NCBI GenBank assembly: GCA_028685755.1
Contig: JAQUDJ010000005.1
Coordinates: forward strand, 47,237 to 111,236
Direction of reading: 5' to 3'
Source: Eubacteriales bacterium
Lineage (GTDB): Bacteria; Bacillota; Clostridia; Saccharofermentanales; UBA5734
Length of the DNA: 64,000 bases
Shown here: one piece after another, positions 35,851 to 45,628 of the stretch
Layout of the letters: every line of letters starts with the position of its first letter
How positions within the stretch are numbered: the stretch's first letter is position 1
The notes under the pieces: generated by a model
What the model saw: the letters and a program-made list of their open reading frames with translations, nothing else
Told to the model about the DNA's origin: nothing
Databases searched by the model: none
Program-made: the position numbers and the translations under genes

Positions 35851-37499
35851 CTTTCAAATATTTACACCTTCGACTGGTTATCGTGACGATTCTGATCAGC
35901 TTTTTGTTAGTTGGTTGTACAACTCCCACGTCAAATAATGATGAGGGCGCTTTTGTGTCGACTGAACAGGCTGTTCGGCCAGCGTCATTGTCAAATGACG
36001 CTGATAGTAAACCACCTTCAGGCGTCATGCGATTAGCTTGGAGTAACCATCAAAATTTAAATCCACTTTTAGATTATTCAGAAGCTGGGCAGGCGGCACA
36101 ATCGCTTGTTTTTGAAAGTTTATTTGTTCGTGATTCAACGTTTGCTATTCAGTCTCAACTGGTTAAAAGTTATAGTTTTAGTCGAGATCGCCTGCAATTG
36201 ACGCTCTTAATTGATCCAGTAGTTACTTTTCATAATGGAACTCCGTTAACTGCTGCGGATGTTTTAGCATGTCTTAATTTTATTCAAGATCATGCGGAAC
36301 AATCACCATATGCAGCTGCACTTCATGCATTTGCTAACGGCTTTATCACAAACGAAGAAACACTTGTTCTCCAGTTAAATGATTACGATCCTGAATTTCT
36401 TTATGCCCTCAATTTTCCAATATTGCCAGCAGCGCAACTTAATGTACAAGACGGAGATTTGATCGCTGGCACGGGCTTGTATGCGATGAGCGAATTCAGT
36501 TCAACAGGAGAGTTAACACTCGATTGGGCAGACGAATCAACGAAAGCCCAAGTCAGCTTACAACACATAATTTTAAAACCATATGAATCAACGATTACAG
36601 CGATGAGAGCGCTTGAAGAAGATGAAATCGATTTAGTCTGGCTCTCTGAACTTGAGCTTGCTCAATATCAAAGTCGAAATAGCTTGCGACTTGATCGATA
36701 TATCAGCGATAAATATATCGATTTAATCATCAATCCACAGGTTGTACCTGAAAAAAATAACCCAGTTGCACAACTCAATCAAAAGTATTATTTTCGCTCT
36801 GCAAGATTATTTAGTAGTCAGCAAAATTGGCCAGGCCAACCCACAGACGTGCCGATTCCAGCAAGTCATGCAGCATTCAATGGCCAGACCTTTAGTTTGT
36901 ACGATCAATATCCACAAAACATCGAACAACAAGTTAATCTTAATTTGCCGGACAATCGAATCATAAAAATTGTGGTTGCAGAAAATCAGCCGGTTTTAGC
37001 TCAAATAGCTCGTCAAATAGCAACGTGGTTAACCGATTCAGGATACCTTACAGAAGTCAGACCATTATCGGATGGTCAATATCAACAAGCATTATCAAAT
37101 TATGATTATGATTTAATCGTTAGAGAATCCGAATTGCCTGCTTCATTAGATCCCCAATGGTTGTATGAAAACACCGCTGAAGTGTCATCTGGGTTGGACG
37201 CGCAGGCGGCGAACGGTTATGATGAACTAAGCCCTTTAGCAATTGGCGGAAGTTTCTTTAGTTTGTTGGGCAGTGGTCAATTCAATCAAGAGTCGGACGT
37301 TCAAGCGGCAAGCGAAAGCTTTCAAGAAAATTTAAAAACACAGGCCATTCAATCGAATACCGTTGGCTTAATGCAGTGGGAAGAGGCAATCGCTTACGGT
37401 GATCGTGTCATGGGACAGTTACAACCGTCGTTAGACTTACCTTATAACAGAATTGAGGATTTGTGGATATGGTCTGGATTATCATCGTCATCTTATTAA
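35847..37499 (+). CDS. lipoprotein resembling family-5 (peptide/nickel type) solute-binding proteins; no transporter partners nearby
   Basis: Lipobox LLVGC. The N-terminal pattern (LNPLL......A..L.FESLF) is typical of SBP_bac_5. ATGA overlap with ymdB, and its 3' end overlaps lspA. Confidence 0.55.
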   Translation: MTFKYLHLRLVIVTILISFLLVGCTTPTSNNDEGAFVSTEQAVRPASLSNDADSKPPSGVMRLAWSNHQNLNPLLDYSEAGQAAQSLVFESLFVRDSTFAIQSQLVKSYSFSRDRLQLTLLIDPVVTFHNGTPLTAADVLACLNFIQDHAEQSPYAAALHAFANGFITNEETLVLQLNDYDPEFLYALNFPILPAAQLNVQDGDLIAGTGLYAMSEFSSTGELTLDWADESTKAQVSLQHIILKPYESTITAMRALEEDEIDLVWLSELELAQYQSRNSLRLDRYISDKYIDLIINPQVVPEKNNPVAQLNQKYYFRSARLFSSQQNWPGQPTDVPIPASHAAFNGQTFSLYDQYPQNIEQQVNLNLPDNRIIKIVVAENQPVLAQIARQIATWLTDSGYLTEVRPLSDGQYQQALSNYDYDLIVRESELPASLDPQWLYENTAEVSSGLDAQAANGYDELSPLAIGGSFFSLLGSGQFNQESDVQAASESFQENLKTQAIQSNTVGLMQWEEAIAYGDRVMGQLQPSLDLPYNRIEDLWIWSGLSSSSY

Positions 37500-37957
37500 T
37501 TGTTGCCGATCAGATTATTAAACAACTGGTTATGACAGCACTAACCGGAACAGCGACGATCACTGTGATTGATCATTTTTTCTATTTAATTCACCGCCGC
37601 AATACCGGGGCGGCATGGAGTTTTTTAGCTGATGTATCATGGGGCATAACCGCGCTGACAGTGTTATCTGGAATTGCCTCTGTGATCTTAATTATTGCGC
37701 TTCTGACGCTCAAAAAAATGCACTATAAAGTGCCTTTGACACTGATGTCGGCTGGTGCAATTGGCAATTTAATCGATCGCATTCGATATGCAAGTGTCAC
37801 GGACTATTTAGATTTTCACTTCGGATCATACGTTTTTCCAACTTTTAATTTGGCAGATATTTGTCTTGTCATTGGGACAATATTATTTAGCTGGTTTATG
37901 TTAACGAGTTCAGAAACACCAGACGCTGTCTCTCGAAACATGAATTATTTATCGTAA
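37469..37957 (+). CDS. lspA: lipoprotein signal peptidase (signal peptidase II)
   Basis: N.GAAWSF, GA.GNLIDR and DYLDF......PTFNLAD motifs, with four TM segments. The ATG at 37469 is 8 nt after GAGGA. Confidence 0.85.
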   Translation: MVWIIIVILLIVADQIIKQLVMTALTGTATITVIDHFFYLIHRRNTGAAWSFLADVSWGITALTVLSGIASVILIIALLTLKKMHYKVPLTLMSAGAIGNLIDRIRYASVTDYLDFHFGSYVFPTFNLADICLVIGTILFSWFMLTSSETPDAVSRNMNYLS

Positions 37958-37964
37958 GGACATT

Positions 37965-38867
37965 ATGGCAATTCAAACAATATGTTGTGATCAAAATGAT
38001 TTGCGTCTTGATGTCTACATCGCGCAACAGGTCAAGACACATTCACGTGCTTTTTTACGCAATCTGATTGATCAGCATGCAGTTCTCGTGCAAGGAAAGC
38101 CTGTAAAAGCTTCGTATAGGACAAGTGTCGGTGAAATCATCACAGTAGATCTGCCTGATTCTGTCGATTTAACCATTGAAGCGCAAGCAATACCGCTCAC
38201 CGTGCGGTATGAAGACGACTATTTGTTGGTCATTGATAAACCGCAGGGAATGGTTGTCCACCCAGCACCTGGTCATCATGATGGAACACTTGTGAACGCC
38301 TTGCTCAATTATTGCCACGGATCATTATCCGATCTTAACGGCGTGCGGCGACCGGGAATTGTTCATCGCATTGATAAAGATACCTCCGGCCTCCTGTTAG
38401 TCGTCAAAGACAATACCGTTCATCGTGAAATTGCTGATAAAATTCGTCGTCATGAAGTGCGCCGCACCTATCAAGCTTTAGTTTATGGTCAAGTGACAAG
38501 CGATCATGGCACGATCGATGCCCCGATTGGCCGTGATCCTAAAAATCGCCAAAAAATGGCTGTTGTACCTTCTGGTAAAACCGCTATTACGCATTTTCGG
38601 GTCATTGAGCGACTCGAACACGCGACTTGGCTTGAGATTGAACTAGAAACTGGACGGACACACCAAATCCGTGTCCATTGTCTATATATCGGTCATCCAA
38701 TCGTCAATGATCCAGTTTATGCGACGAATCGGGTCAATTATGGTCATAATGGGCAAGCCTTACACGCGTCAAAGCTTGCTTTCATCCATCCGGCTACGGG
38801 ACAAGAACTCGTTGTTGAAAGTCCGTTGCCGGAGCATTTCCTGTCGGTTTTGCGGAAATGTCGATAA
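37965..38867 (+). CDS. rluD: 23S rRNA pseudouridine synthase, RluD subfamily (S4 domain plus RluA catalytic domain)
   Basis: RLD.....Q..SR......I......V.G, VHRIDKDTSGLLLVVK and GRTHQIRVH. Conserved lspA-rluD pairing. Confidence 0.85.
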   Translation: MAIQTICCDQNDLRLDVYIAQQVKTHSRAFLRNLIDQHAVLVQGKPVKASYRTSVGEIITVDLPDSVDLTIEAQAIPLTVRYEDDYLLVIDKPQGMVVHPAPGHHDGTLVNALLNYCHGSLSDLNGVRRPGIVHRIDKDTSGLLLVVKDNTVHREIADKIRRHEVRRTYQALVYGQVTSDHGTIDAPIGRDPKNRQKMAVVPSGKTAITHFRVIERLEHATWLEIELETGRTHQIRVHCLYIGHPIVNDPVYATNRVNYGHNGQALHASKLAFIHPATGQELVVESPLPEHFLSVLRKCR

Positions 38868-39631
38868 ATAATCTGAAAACCCAATTCAAAATGGCGAAAT
38901 TAAGTTTGCGCTTTCGTCAGAATTTGTTATTGTTTGTCCTGTTGTTTCTTTTTGGAGTGATTGTGACAAATCACATCACACAGGTCAACCAATTACAGCC
39001 ATCCAACAATCTCTCAAAAATATATCAGAAGCGACAAGAAGAACTTGAGCAGGCCATTCTGCAATATGATAGTTTGACGGCAGAGAATAAGCGTTTATTA
39101 ATCGAAAAAGAAACCGTTATTGAAAATCAACTGAATCAAAAGGGTTATTCTAATTTGCTCGATGAACTGAATAAAGTCAAAACATTGGCCGGTTTAACCC
39201 GAGTTCAAGGACCAGGTATTTCCGTGATATTGAATGATAAACCCAGTTTCGATGTGTTGCGAGATTCTGCAGATGCTTTAGTGCATGACAGTGATGTTCG
39301 CCATGTGCTCGATTTATTGCGTGCGAGCGGAGCTGCAGCACTATCTGTCAATGATCAACGCATCGTCAATGCATCGTATGTTTTTTGTATTGGACCAACG
39401 ATTCTCTGTAATATGCAGCGATTAACACCCCCTTATATCATTCAAGCGATTGGCCAACCGACTGCATTAGCCTCGGCAATTGAGAGGGATCCAATGTTAA
39501 GCTTGCGACAATCATCTGAAATTGGCCTAATTGTCCAAGTCAAACAACTCGAATTAGTCATATGCCCAGCCTATGCTGAAGCCGATGATTTAAATAAATA
39601 CATTGATAAATTGGTGGTGCCTGTCACATGA
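38858..39631 (+). CDS. DUF881-domain membrane protein
   Basis: N-terminal TM helix, coiled coil, then V.GPGI.V.L.D........VHD.D....L..L...GA.A.S.N.QR. Confidence 0.7.
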   Translation: MSINNLKTQFKMAKLSLRFRQNLLLFVLLFLFGVIVTNHITQVNQLQPSNNLSKIYQKRQEELEQAILQYDSLTAENKRLLIEKETVIENQLNQKGYSNLLDELNKVKTLAGLTRVQGPGISVILNDKPSFDVLRDSADALVHDSDVRHVLDLLRASGAAALSVNDQRIVNASYVFCIGPTILCNMQRLTPPYIIQAIGQPTALASAIERDPMLSLRQSSEIGLIVQVKQLELVICPAYAEADDLNKYIDKLVVPVT

Positions 39632-40350
39632 AAAATAAATTAATCCAGACTATTGTCATCACACTGATCTGTATCTTGTTGGGAATTTTAATTTCCCTTC
39701 AGCTTAAAAATGTGAATGAAGACAATGTAACTGAGAGTAATTTAGAAGAGATTCAGTATAAGTTGATTGATTATGCTAATAAAAATGCCGAACTCAACAC
39801 GCGCAATGCCGAGTTATATCAATATATTTCGCAACTTGAAAATAATTTTGCAGAAGGCAATGCCTATATTGATTCGATCATAAAAGAGAAAGAGCGCATC
39901 GCGATATTTGCTGGTTTGCGCGAGGTTAAAAATTACGGGGTTGCAATCGAAATTAGTTGTTCTGCCGAAAGTCTAATCCGTGACAGCGTTATTCGAACCT
40001 TTGTGAATGATTTACGTGCACTTGGCGCGCAAGCGATATCTGTTAATGATGAACGACTCGTTGCAACATCAGAAATCCGTGCGACATCATCATCGATTAT
40101 TATTAATGGCAACGGCTACAATCGCCAAGATAAATTTATTATCAAAGCGATCACAGATCCGATTAAGGAAGCTTATGTCTTATCCTATTTGGAAACACTC
40201 AAAAAATCGGTTTTATCGGATGCCACGTTGCGAAACGACCAATATGATATTCGATTCCAAGCCGTCCAAGAATTGATTATTCCAGCCTTGAGTGAAGACA
40301 GTCTTGCCTTTAAAATTGATTTATTAACTGCAGCCCCTAGTGAGTCATAA
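39628..40350 (+). CDS. DUF881-domain membrane protein (paralogue of the preceding gene)
   Basis: Same architecture as the preceding gene (TM, coiled coil, GVAIEISC....IRD..IR.FVNDLRALGAQAISVNDERL). ATGA overlap with the upstream paralogue. Confidence 0.7.
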   Translation: MKNKLIQTIVITLICILLGILISLQLKNVNEDNVTESNLEEIQYKLIDYANKNAELNTRNAELYQYISQLENNFAEGNAYIDSIIKEKERIAIFAGLREVKNYGVAIEISCSAESLIRDSVIRTFVNDLRALGAQAISVNDERLVATSEIRATSSSIIINGNGYNRQDKFIIKAITDPIKEAYVLSYLETLKKSVLSDATLRNDQYDIRFQAVQELIIPALSEDSLAFKIDLLTAAPSES

Positions 40351-40374
40351 ATTTCATATGAAAGTTGATTGCCA

Positions 40375-41340
40375 ATGGATAAGCTAATTCTCATCGACCG
40401 CGCCGAAACAGCACAAAATGTCGCTGGAAGCTTTAACCAACATCTTGATTTAATCGAAAAGATGTTAGGTGTGCGGATTGAACTCGTTCTCGGTGGGCTT
40501 ATGCTTTCAGGAGATAGTCATGATCTTGAAAAAGCGGCAACCGTCTGTGAACGATTAATTGAAATTGAACGACAGGGCCATCCGATCAATCTGCAATTAG
40601 TGACCTATTTAAGTGATATTGCGCGCGACGGCAATTTAGAACAAGTGACCCATTATGCCCCGGACTCAATTGCTGTTACGGCAAAAGGGCGACCGATAAA
40701 AAGCAAAACAAATGGGCAACGACAGTATGTTCAAGCTATCCGGGATAATGAAATCACCTTTGCAATTGGCCCAGCAGGAACCGGCAAGACATTTCTTGCC
40801 GTCGCAATGGCTGTAAATGCCTTTCGATCTCATGAAGTCTCACGTATTATTTTAACTCGGCCAGCAGTAGAAGCGGGCGAGAAGCTTGGTTTTTTGCCCG
40901 GCGATTTACAAAACAAAGTGGATCCATACATGCGTCCGCTTTATGACGCTTTGCATGAGCTTATGGGTTCTGAACAATATCTTAAAAACTTGGAAAAGGG
41001 GCTCATTGAAGTATCTCCGCTTGCTTATATGCGAGGTCGAACGCTCGATGAGGCATTTATTATTTTAGATGAAGCCCAAAACACAACCCCTGAACAAATG
41101 AAGATGTTCCTCACCCGTTTAGGTTTTAATTCAAGAGCCGTCATTACTGGTGATATCACGCAAATAGATTTGCCTGGTGATAAAAAATCGGGGCTAAAGG
41201 AAGCTAAAAAAATTCTTTATGATGTTGAAGGGTTAGCATTCGTTGAACTCACGCAACGCGATGTCGTTCGCAATGCACTTGTCCAACGGATTATCAAAGC
41301 ATACGAAAGTGAACAGGCGAAAGGGGTGCACAACCTATGA
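40375..41340 (+). CDS. phoH: PhoH-family ATPase (YbeZ/PhoH-like)
   Basis: Walker A GPAGTGKTFLAVA, LTRPAVEAGEKLGFLPGDL..K..PY.RPLYDAL, Walker B FIILDEAQN, and TGD.TQ.DLP. Confidence 0.85.
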   Translation: MDKLILIDRAETAQNVAGSFNQHLDLIEKMLGVRIELVLGGLMLSGDSHDLEKAATVCERLIEIERQGHPINLQLVTYLSDIARDGNLEQVTHYAPDSIAVTAKGRPIKSKTNGQRQYVQAIRDNEITFAIGPAGTGKTFLAVAMAVNAFRSHEVSRIILTRPAVEAGEKLGFLPGDLQNKVDPYMRPLYDALHELMGSEQYLKNLEKGLIEVSPLAYMRGRTLDEAFIILDEAQNTTPEQMKMFLTRLGFNSRAVITGDITQIDLPGDKKSGLKEAKKILYDVEGLAFVELTQRDVVRNALVQRIIKAYESEQAKGVHNL

Positions 41341-43439
41341 AAATTCCGCCTAAAATTCAACGCCTGATTGCCATTATGCTGATGCCCGTATTAATAATCA
41401 GCATTGTTGCTGCGATATATTATGGTTCGATTCCTGAAAAGTATGATCTGACCATAGGCGATAGTAGCCCTTTTGACATCACGGCAACCCGCAGCATCCG
41501 TGATCAAGTAGCAACTGATTTACGAGCCAGCAAAGCGGCAGCTGATGTTGAAAGTGTTGTCATTCGATCAGAGGATATCGTCCTGGAAGTGATGACCTTA
41601 TTTGATCAAGTTTTCGATTTAATATCGGCACAGCGTTGGGATATCCATGCAGGTCAAAACACCAACTCTGATGTTGAACAAGTTGAATTAAGTAACACCG
41701 AAATCCAAGTCAGAGTTGATTCGGTAATATATGATTTAGATCAAGAATTTCAGATTGTTTTATCTGAAGATGATATCAAGGCCTTCTTGATGATGGATCC
41801 CAATCGCTATAACAGTAATCGTGGACACGCGCGCTCGATCGCAACACTTTTAATGAGCGAACCAGTTGATGGATTTGGTCTAAAATCAGCCCTCAATGAT
41901 CGTATCGCTAATTTAGAGACCACACTAACTTTCAATCAAGAGGATGCAACTCGAATTGGCAATATATTAAGTGTCATTCTAAAACCCAATATTGCATATG
42001 ATATGTTAGCGACCGAAAATGCCCGGCAAGCTGCTTTTGATAAAGTCCAAAACAACCCTGTGATGATCAACCGCGGGACTCGAATTGTCTCGCAAGGTGA
42101 TGTCATCACCACGGAAAGTTATACCTTGCTATCTGAATTGGATCTTATTGATTCGAGTGGTTTTGATTATCGCTATCTTTTTGGCATTTTACTGTTAATT
42201 TCGTTGCTGTTTTTTATCGCTTGGTTTTATTTAAAGAAATATGAAAATGAATCCATTCATTTGCGCAATAATCGTTTTGCATTAGTGATTGCCGTCTTGA
42301 TTCCACTGATTGCTTCAGTTGCTTTGGCTCGATTTGAACCACTTGCATCACCTGTGTATTTTGCCGCAGTATTAATTGCCGCTTACTTTGGATTCAGAAC
42401 GGCAAGTTTAATGTCATTTTTGCTGATGACAGCAATTTTGCCGATGACCGGATTTGATCCCGTCTTTGCTGTTGTTGCAATAACCGGTAGTATTGTAGCG
42501 GCTTTATTCACGAAGGGTATCACGCGCCGAGATAATTATGCATACATCATGATTGCAACGGCTGGAGCCAATTTAGTTGCAACACTTTCCTTTGGGATTT
42601 TACTCAAAGAAGAATGGCAGACCTTGATGTTAAAAAGTGCGGTGACTGCCTTGAGTGGTTCCATTTCAGTTATCGCGGCGATTGGGATTATGCCATTATT
42701 TGAAATGATCTTTAATACAGTATCACCATTAAGGCTTATTGAATTATCGCAACCGGGACATCCCTTGCTACGCAGATTGTTTATTGAAGCACCAGGCACT
42801 TCGCAGCACAGCATGATGGTTGCGAATTTAGCAGATGCTGCAGCAGACGCGATAGGAGCAAACCCCTTGTTAGCCCGTGTCGGTGCCTATTATCATGATA
42901 TCGGCAAACTTGAAAACCCCCTGTTATTTACTGAAAATCAAAATGGCGTTAATCCCCATGACAAATTACAACCATTGCAATCGGCTCGGATTATCATCGG
43001 ACATCCAGAAGCCGGGGTTCGGATCGGAAAGCGATACCGCCTGCCATTACCATTAATCAATATTATTTCCGAGCATCATGGATCGACGATGCAAGCCTAT
43101 TTTTACCAAAAAGCCAAGAAAATATCAGAAGAATCTGGCATCGAGGATCCAGACATTGATCAGTTTAAATATCAATGTTCACCGCCAACGTCTCGCGAAT
43201 CAGCAGTGGTCATGCTTTCGGATTCTGTTGAAGCGGCGATGAAGTCGACCAATACACATCAATTAGAAGCGGCAGAAACATTGATAAGACGGATCATTAA
43301 GATTAAAAATGATCAAGATCAACTGGTGCAATCAGGGTTGTCGTTTAAAGATATCGAAACGATCATCGCTGCTTTCATGCAAGTATACGCCGGACATTTC
43401 CATGAAAGGATTAAATACCCTGATGCACGTCCAGTTTAA
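41337..43439 (+). CDS. pgpH: 7TM-HD membrane phosphohydrolase (YqfF/PgpH type, c-di-AMP phosphodiesterase family)
   Basis: Large extracellular N-domain, seven TM helices and a C-terminal HD domain (HS..VANLA..AA..IGAN..L.RVGAYYHDIGK). ATGA overlap with phoH. Confidence 0.8.
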   Translation: MKIPPKIQRLIAIMLMPVLIISIVAAIYYGSIPEKYDLTIGDSSPFDITATRSIRDQVATDLRASKAAADVESVVIRSEDIVLEVMTLFDQVFDLISAQRWDIHAGQNTNSDVEQVELSNTEIQVRVDSVIYDLDQEFQIVLSEDDIKAFLMMDPNRYNSNRGHARSIATLLMSEPVDGFGLKSALNDRIANLETTLTFNQEDATRIGNILSVILKPNIAYDMLATENARQAAFDKVQNNPVMINRGTRIVSQGDVITTESYTLLSELDLIDSSGFDYRYLFGILLLISLLFFIAWFYLKKYENESIHLRNNRFALVIAVLIPLIASVALARFEPLASPVYFAAVLIAAYFGFRTASLMSFLLMTAILPMTGFDPVFAVVAITGSIVAALFTKGITRRDNYAYIMIATAGANLVATLSFGILLKEEWQTLMLKSAVTALSGSISVIAAIGIMPLFEMIFNTVSPLRLIELSQPGHPLLRRLFIEAPGTSQHSMMVANLADAAADAIGANPLLARVGAYYHDIGKLENPLLFTENQNGVNPHDKLQPLQSARIIIGHPEAGVRIGKRYRLPLPLINIISEHHGSTMQAYFYQKAKKISEESGIEDPDIDQFKYQCSPPTSRESAVVMLSDSVEAAMKSTNTHQLEAAETLIRRIIKIKNDQDQLVQSGLSFKDIETIIAAFMQVYAGHFHERIKYPDARPV

Positions 43440-43941
43440 TAATCGCCAACGCAAACATCCTGTTTTAGACTTTGAAAAAATAATTACGATGGTTTTTACC
43501 GAAGCATTGAGTCGAGAAGAGATTGCCAAAAAATTACGAGCAAAGGGGTTACGGCCAGAAATCGCCGTTTCATTTGTCAGTCCAGCAACTATTCGCAACA
43601 TTAACCGTGAAACACGTATGATTCATCGAGTGACAGATGTTTTATCATTTCCAATGCTAGACATGTCAGACGGACTATTGAAACAAAAATTGACTTCTAC
43701 TGATTATTCGTGGGATGATGCAATGCAACCTATGTTGTTTTTGGGCGATCTTGTGATTTGTTTAGAACGCGCAAAGCAACAAGCCCAAGAATTTAATCAC
43801 AGTATTGAACGGGAAGTAGGGTTCTTAGCCGTACATGGTTTGTTACATTTATTAGGTTATGATCATGATACAGATTTGCGTGAAGCACTCATGCAAAAAC
43901 GACAACGCAATTATTTAGACGCAATCGGCTTAAGCCGTTAA
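43423..43941 (+). CDS. ybeY: rRNA maturation endoribonuclease YbeY
   Basis: TDVLSFPM and the zinc motif HGLLHLLGYDH. The ATG at 43423 follows GAAAGGA; the upstream part of the track ORF overlaps pgpH. Confidence 0.85.
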   Translation: MHVQFNNRQRKHPVLDFEKIITMVFTEALSREEIAKKLRAKGLRPEIAVSFVSPATIRNINRETRMIHRVTDVLSFPMLDMSDGLLKQKLTSTDYSWDDAMQPMLFLGDLVICLERAKQQAQEFNHSIEREVGFLAVHGLLHLLGYDHDTDLREALMQKRQRNYLDAIGLSR

Positions 43942-43956
43942 CTCGAAAGGAAAATC

Positions 43957-44877
43957 ATGGATCCTGAAATTTTATCTCATTCTGGTTTTGTTTCACTGAT
44001 TGGACGACCCAATGTCGGCAAATCGACGCTGCTTAATCAATTGGCTGGACAGCGATTGGCCATCACCTCACCCAAACCGCAAACGACCCGTTCAATTATT
44101 CGAGCGATTATTGACGAGCCTGATACACAAATAGTTTTTTTAGATACACCCGGGTTACATCTAGCTAAGTCAAAATTAGGTCAATATATGACCGATGCAG
44201 CGCGCTTAGCAATGGCGGATACGGATATTATTTTGTTGTTAATTGAAGCAGGCTTTTCACCCCGCGTACTTGATATTGAACGTAAAGTATTAGCGCAGTT
44301 ACAAGCAAGCAAAAAGCCTGTCATCCTCGTTATTAATAAAGTCGATAGCAACGAAAAAGAGTCAATTTTACCATTGATGGCTGCTTTTCATGAAGTTTAT
44401 CCCTTCCAAGCGATTATCCCGATTAGCGCGAAGACCGGCGATGGAATTTCGATTCTCATTGATGAAATTCGGCGTTTATTACCGGAGGGTCCCCGCTATT
44501 TTCCGATTGACAGCTTAACAGATCAAACTGAACGGATGATTGCTGGCGAATTGATTCGCGAACAAATACTTTTGAAAACGCATGAAGAAATTCCACATGG
44601 CACTGCAGTCGTTGTGGATTCGTTCACTGAACATACGACCGAGGCTGGTGAGCGCACTCACGTCACCATCGAAGCGTCAATTGTTTGCGAAAAAGACACC
44701 CACAAGGGGATTTTAATCGGCAAACAAGGGAGCATGTTGACGGCAATCGGCACCGGTGCTCGAAAAGAAATTGAAGCAATGCTCGATTGCCCGTGTTATT
44801 TAGACTTGTTCGTCAGAGTTCGCGACGACTGGCGTAACCGCCAATCCATTTTGAATGATCTGGGTTATCAGGATTAA
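43957..44877 (+). CDS. era: GTPase Era
   Basis: G1 GRPNVGKST, G3 DTPG, G4 NKVD, and a C-terminal KH domain (IVCEKDTHKGILIGKQGSML). Confidence 0.9.
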   Translation: MDPEILSHSGFVSLIGRPNVGKSTLLNQLAGQRLAITSPKPQTTRSIIRAIIDEPDTQIVFLDTPGLHLAKSKLGQYMTDAARLAMADTDIILLLIEAGFSPRVLDIERKVLAQLQASKKPVILVINKVDSNEKESILPLMAAFHEVYPFQAIIPISAKTGDGISILIDEIRRLLPEGPRYFPIDSLTDQTERMIAGELIREQILLKTHEEIPHGTAVVVDSFTEHTTEAGERTHVTIEASIVCEKDTHKGILIGKQGSMLTAIGTGARKEIEAMLDCPCYLDLFVRVRDDWRNRQSILNDLGYQD

Positions 44878-44884
44878 CGAATAG

Positions 44885-45628
44885 ATGTCACATGAATCGA
44901 TTCGTGGCTTTGTTTTGCGCGAAATTTCAATTGGTGAATCAGATCGCCTCATTGAAATACTCACCGCGGACCGCGGTTTAATTACTGCAATTGCGAAAGG
45001 TGCAAGGCGCGCCAAAAGCCCATTGATCGCTTCAACATTGATTTTTAGTTTTTCTGAATTTAATCTATTTTCCTATAAAGGTAAATGGACGATTGATAGC
45101 GCTGAATTGATTGAAACGTTTAATCACTTGCGTGAAGATCTCGACCGCTTGATTTGTGCTGCACATTTAGCGGAAGTGATTTTAGATTTAGTGCGAGATG
45201 CCCTGCCGGATTCGGAAATATATCAATTGTGGGCCTATTCCTGTCATCATTTGCAAAAAGCAAATGATCCCTATTTAACCGCGCATATTGCGCAATTTAG
45301 GGCATTAGCAGATGCAGGGTTCGCACCGCAACTTTCCAGATGTATAACGTGTGGTTGCCAACCCAAACCAACTAATCAATTTGATTATCAAGCTCGTGGC
45401 TGGTTTTGTTTGACTGATTTTCGCATTGATCGCCAGCATGAGACGATTTTTGTATCAGGTGCTTTGTTAGCTTGCCTCAATTATTGTCTTACCAGTCCAA
45501 TCGACCGTCTTTTTGCATTTAAACTCGATCAAACCATTCGCGATGAAGTTTGCCGTTTTTCAGATACTTATTTAACAACAATAATGGAAAAAAAATATTC
45601 GCGTCTAAATATGCTTCAAGATTTGTGA
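44885..45628 (+). CDS. recO: DNA repair protein RecO
   Basis: Start ..GFVLREISIGESDRLIEILT...G (OB fold) and Cys-rich zinc region C.TCG...........FC. Conserved era-recO order. Confidence 0.85.
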   Translation: MSHESIRGFVLREISIGESDRLIEILTADRGLITAIAKGARRAKSPLIASTLIFSFSEFNLFSYKGKWTIDSAELIETFNHLREDLDRLICAAHLAEVILDLVRDALPDSEIYQLWAYSCHHLQKANDPYLTAHIAQFRALADAGFAPQLSRCITCGCQPKPTNQFDYQARGWFCLTDFRIDRQHETIFVSGALLACLNYCLTSPIDRLFAFKLDQTIRDEVCRFSDTYLTTIMEKKYSRLNMLQDL

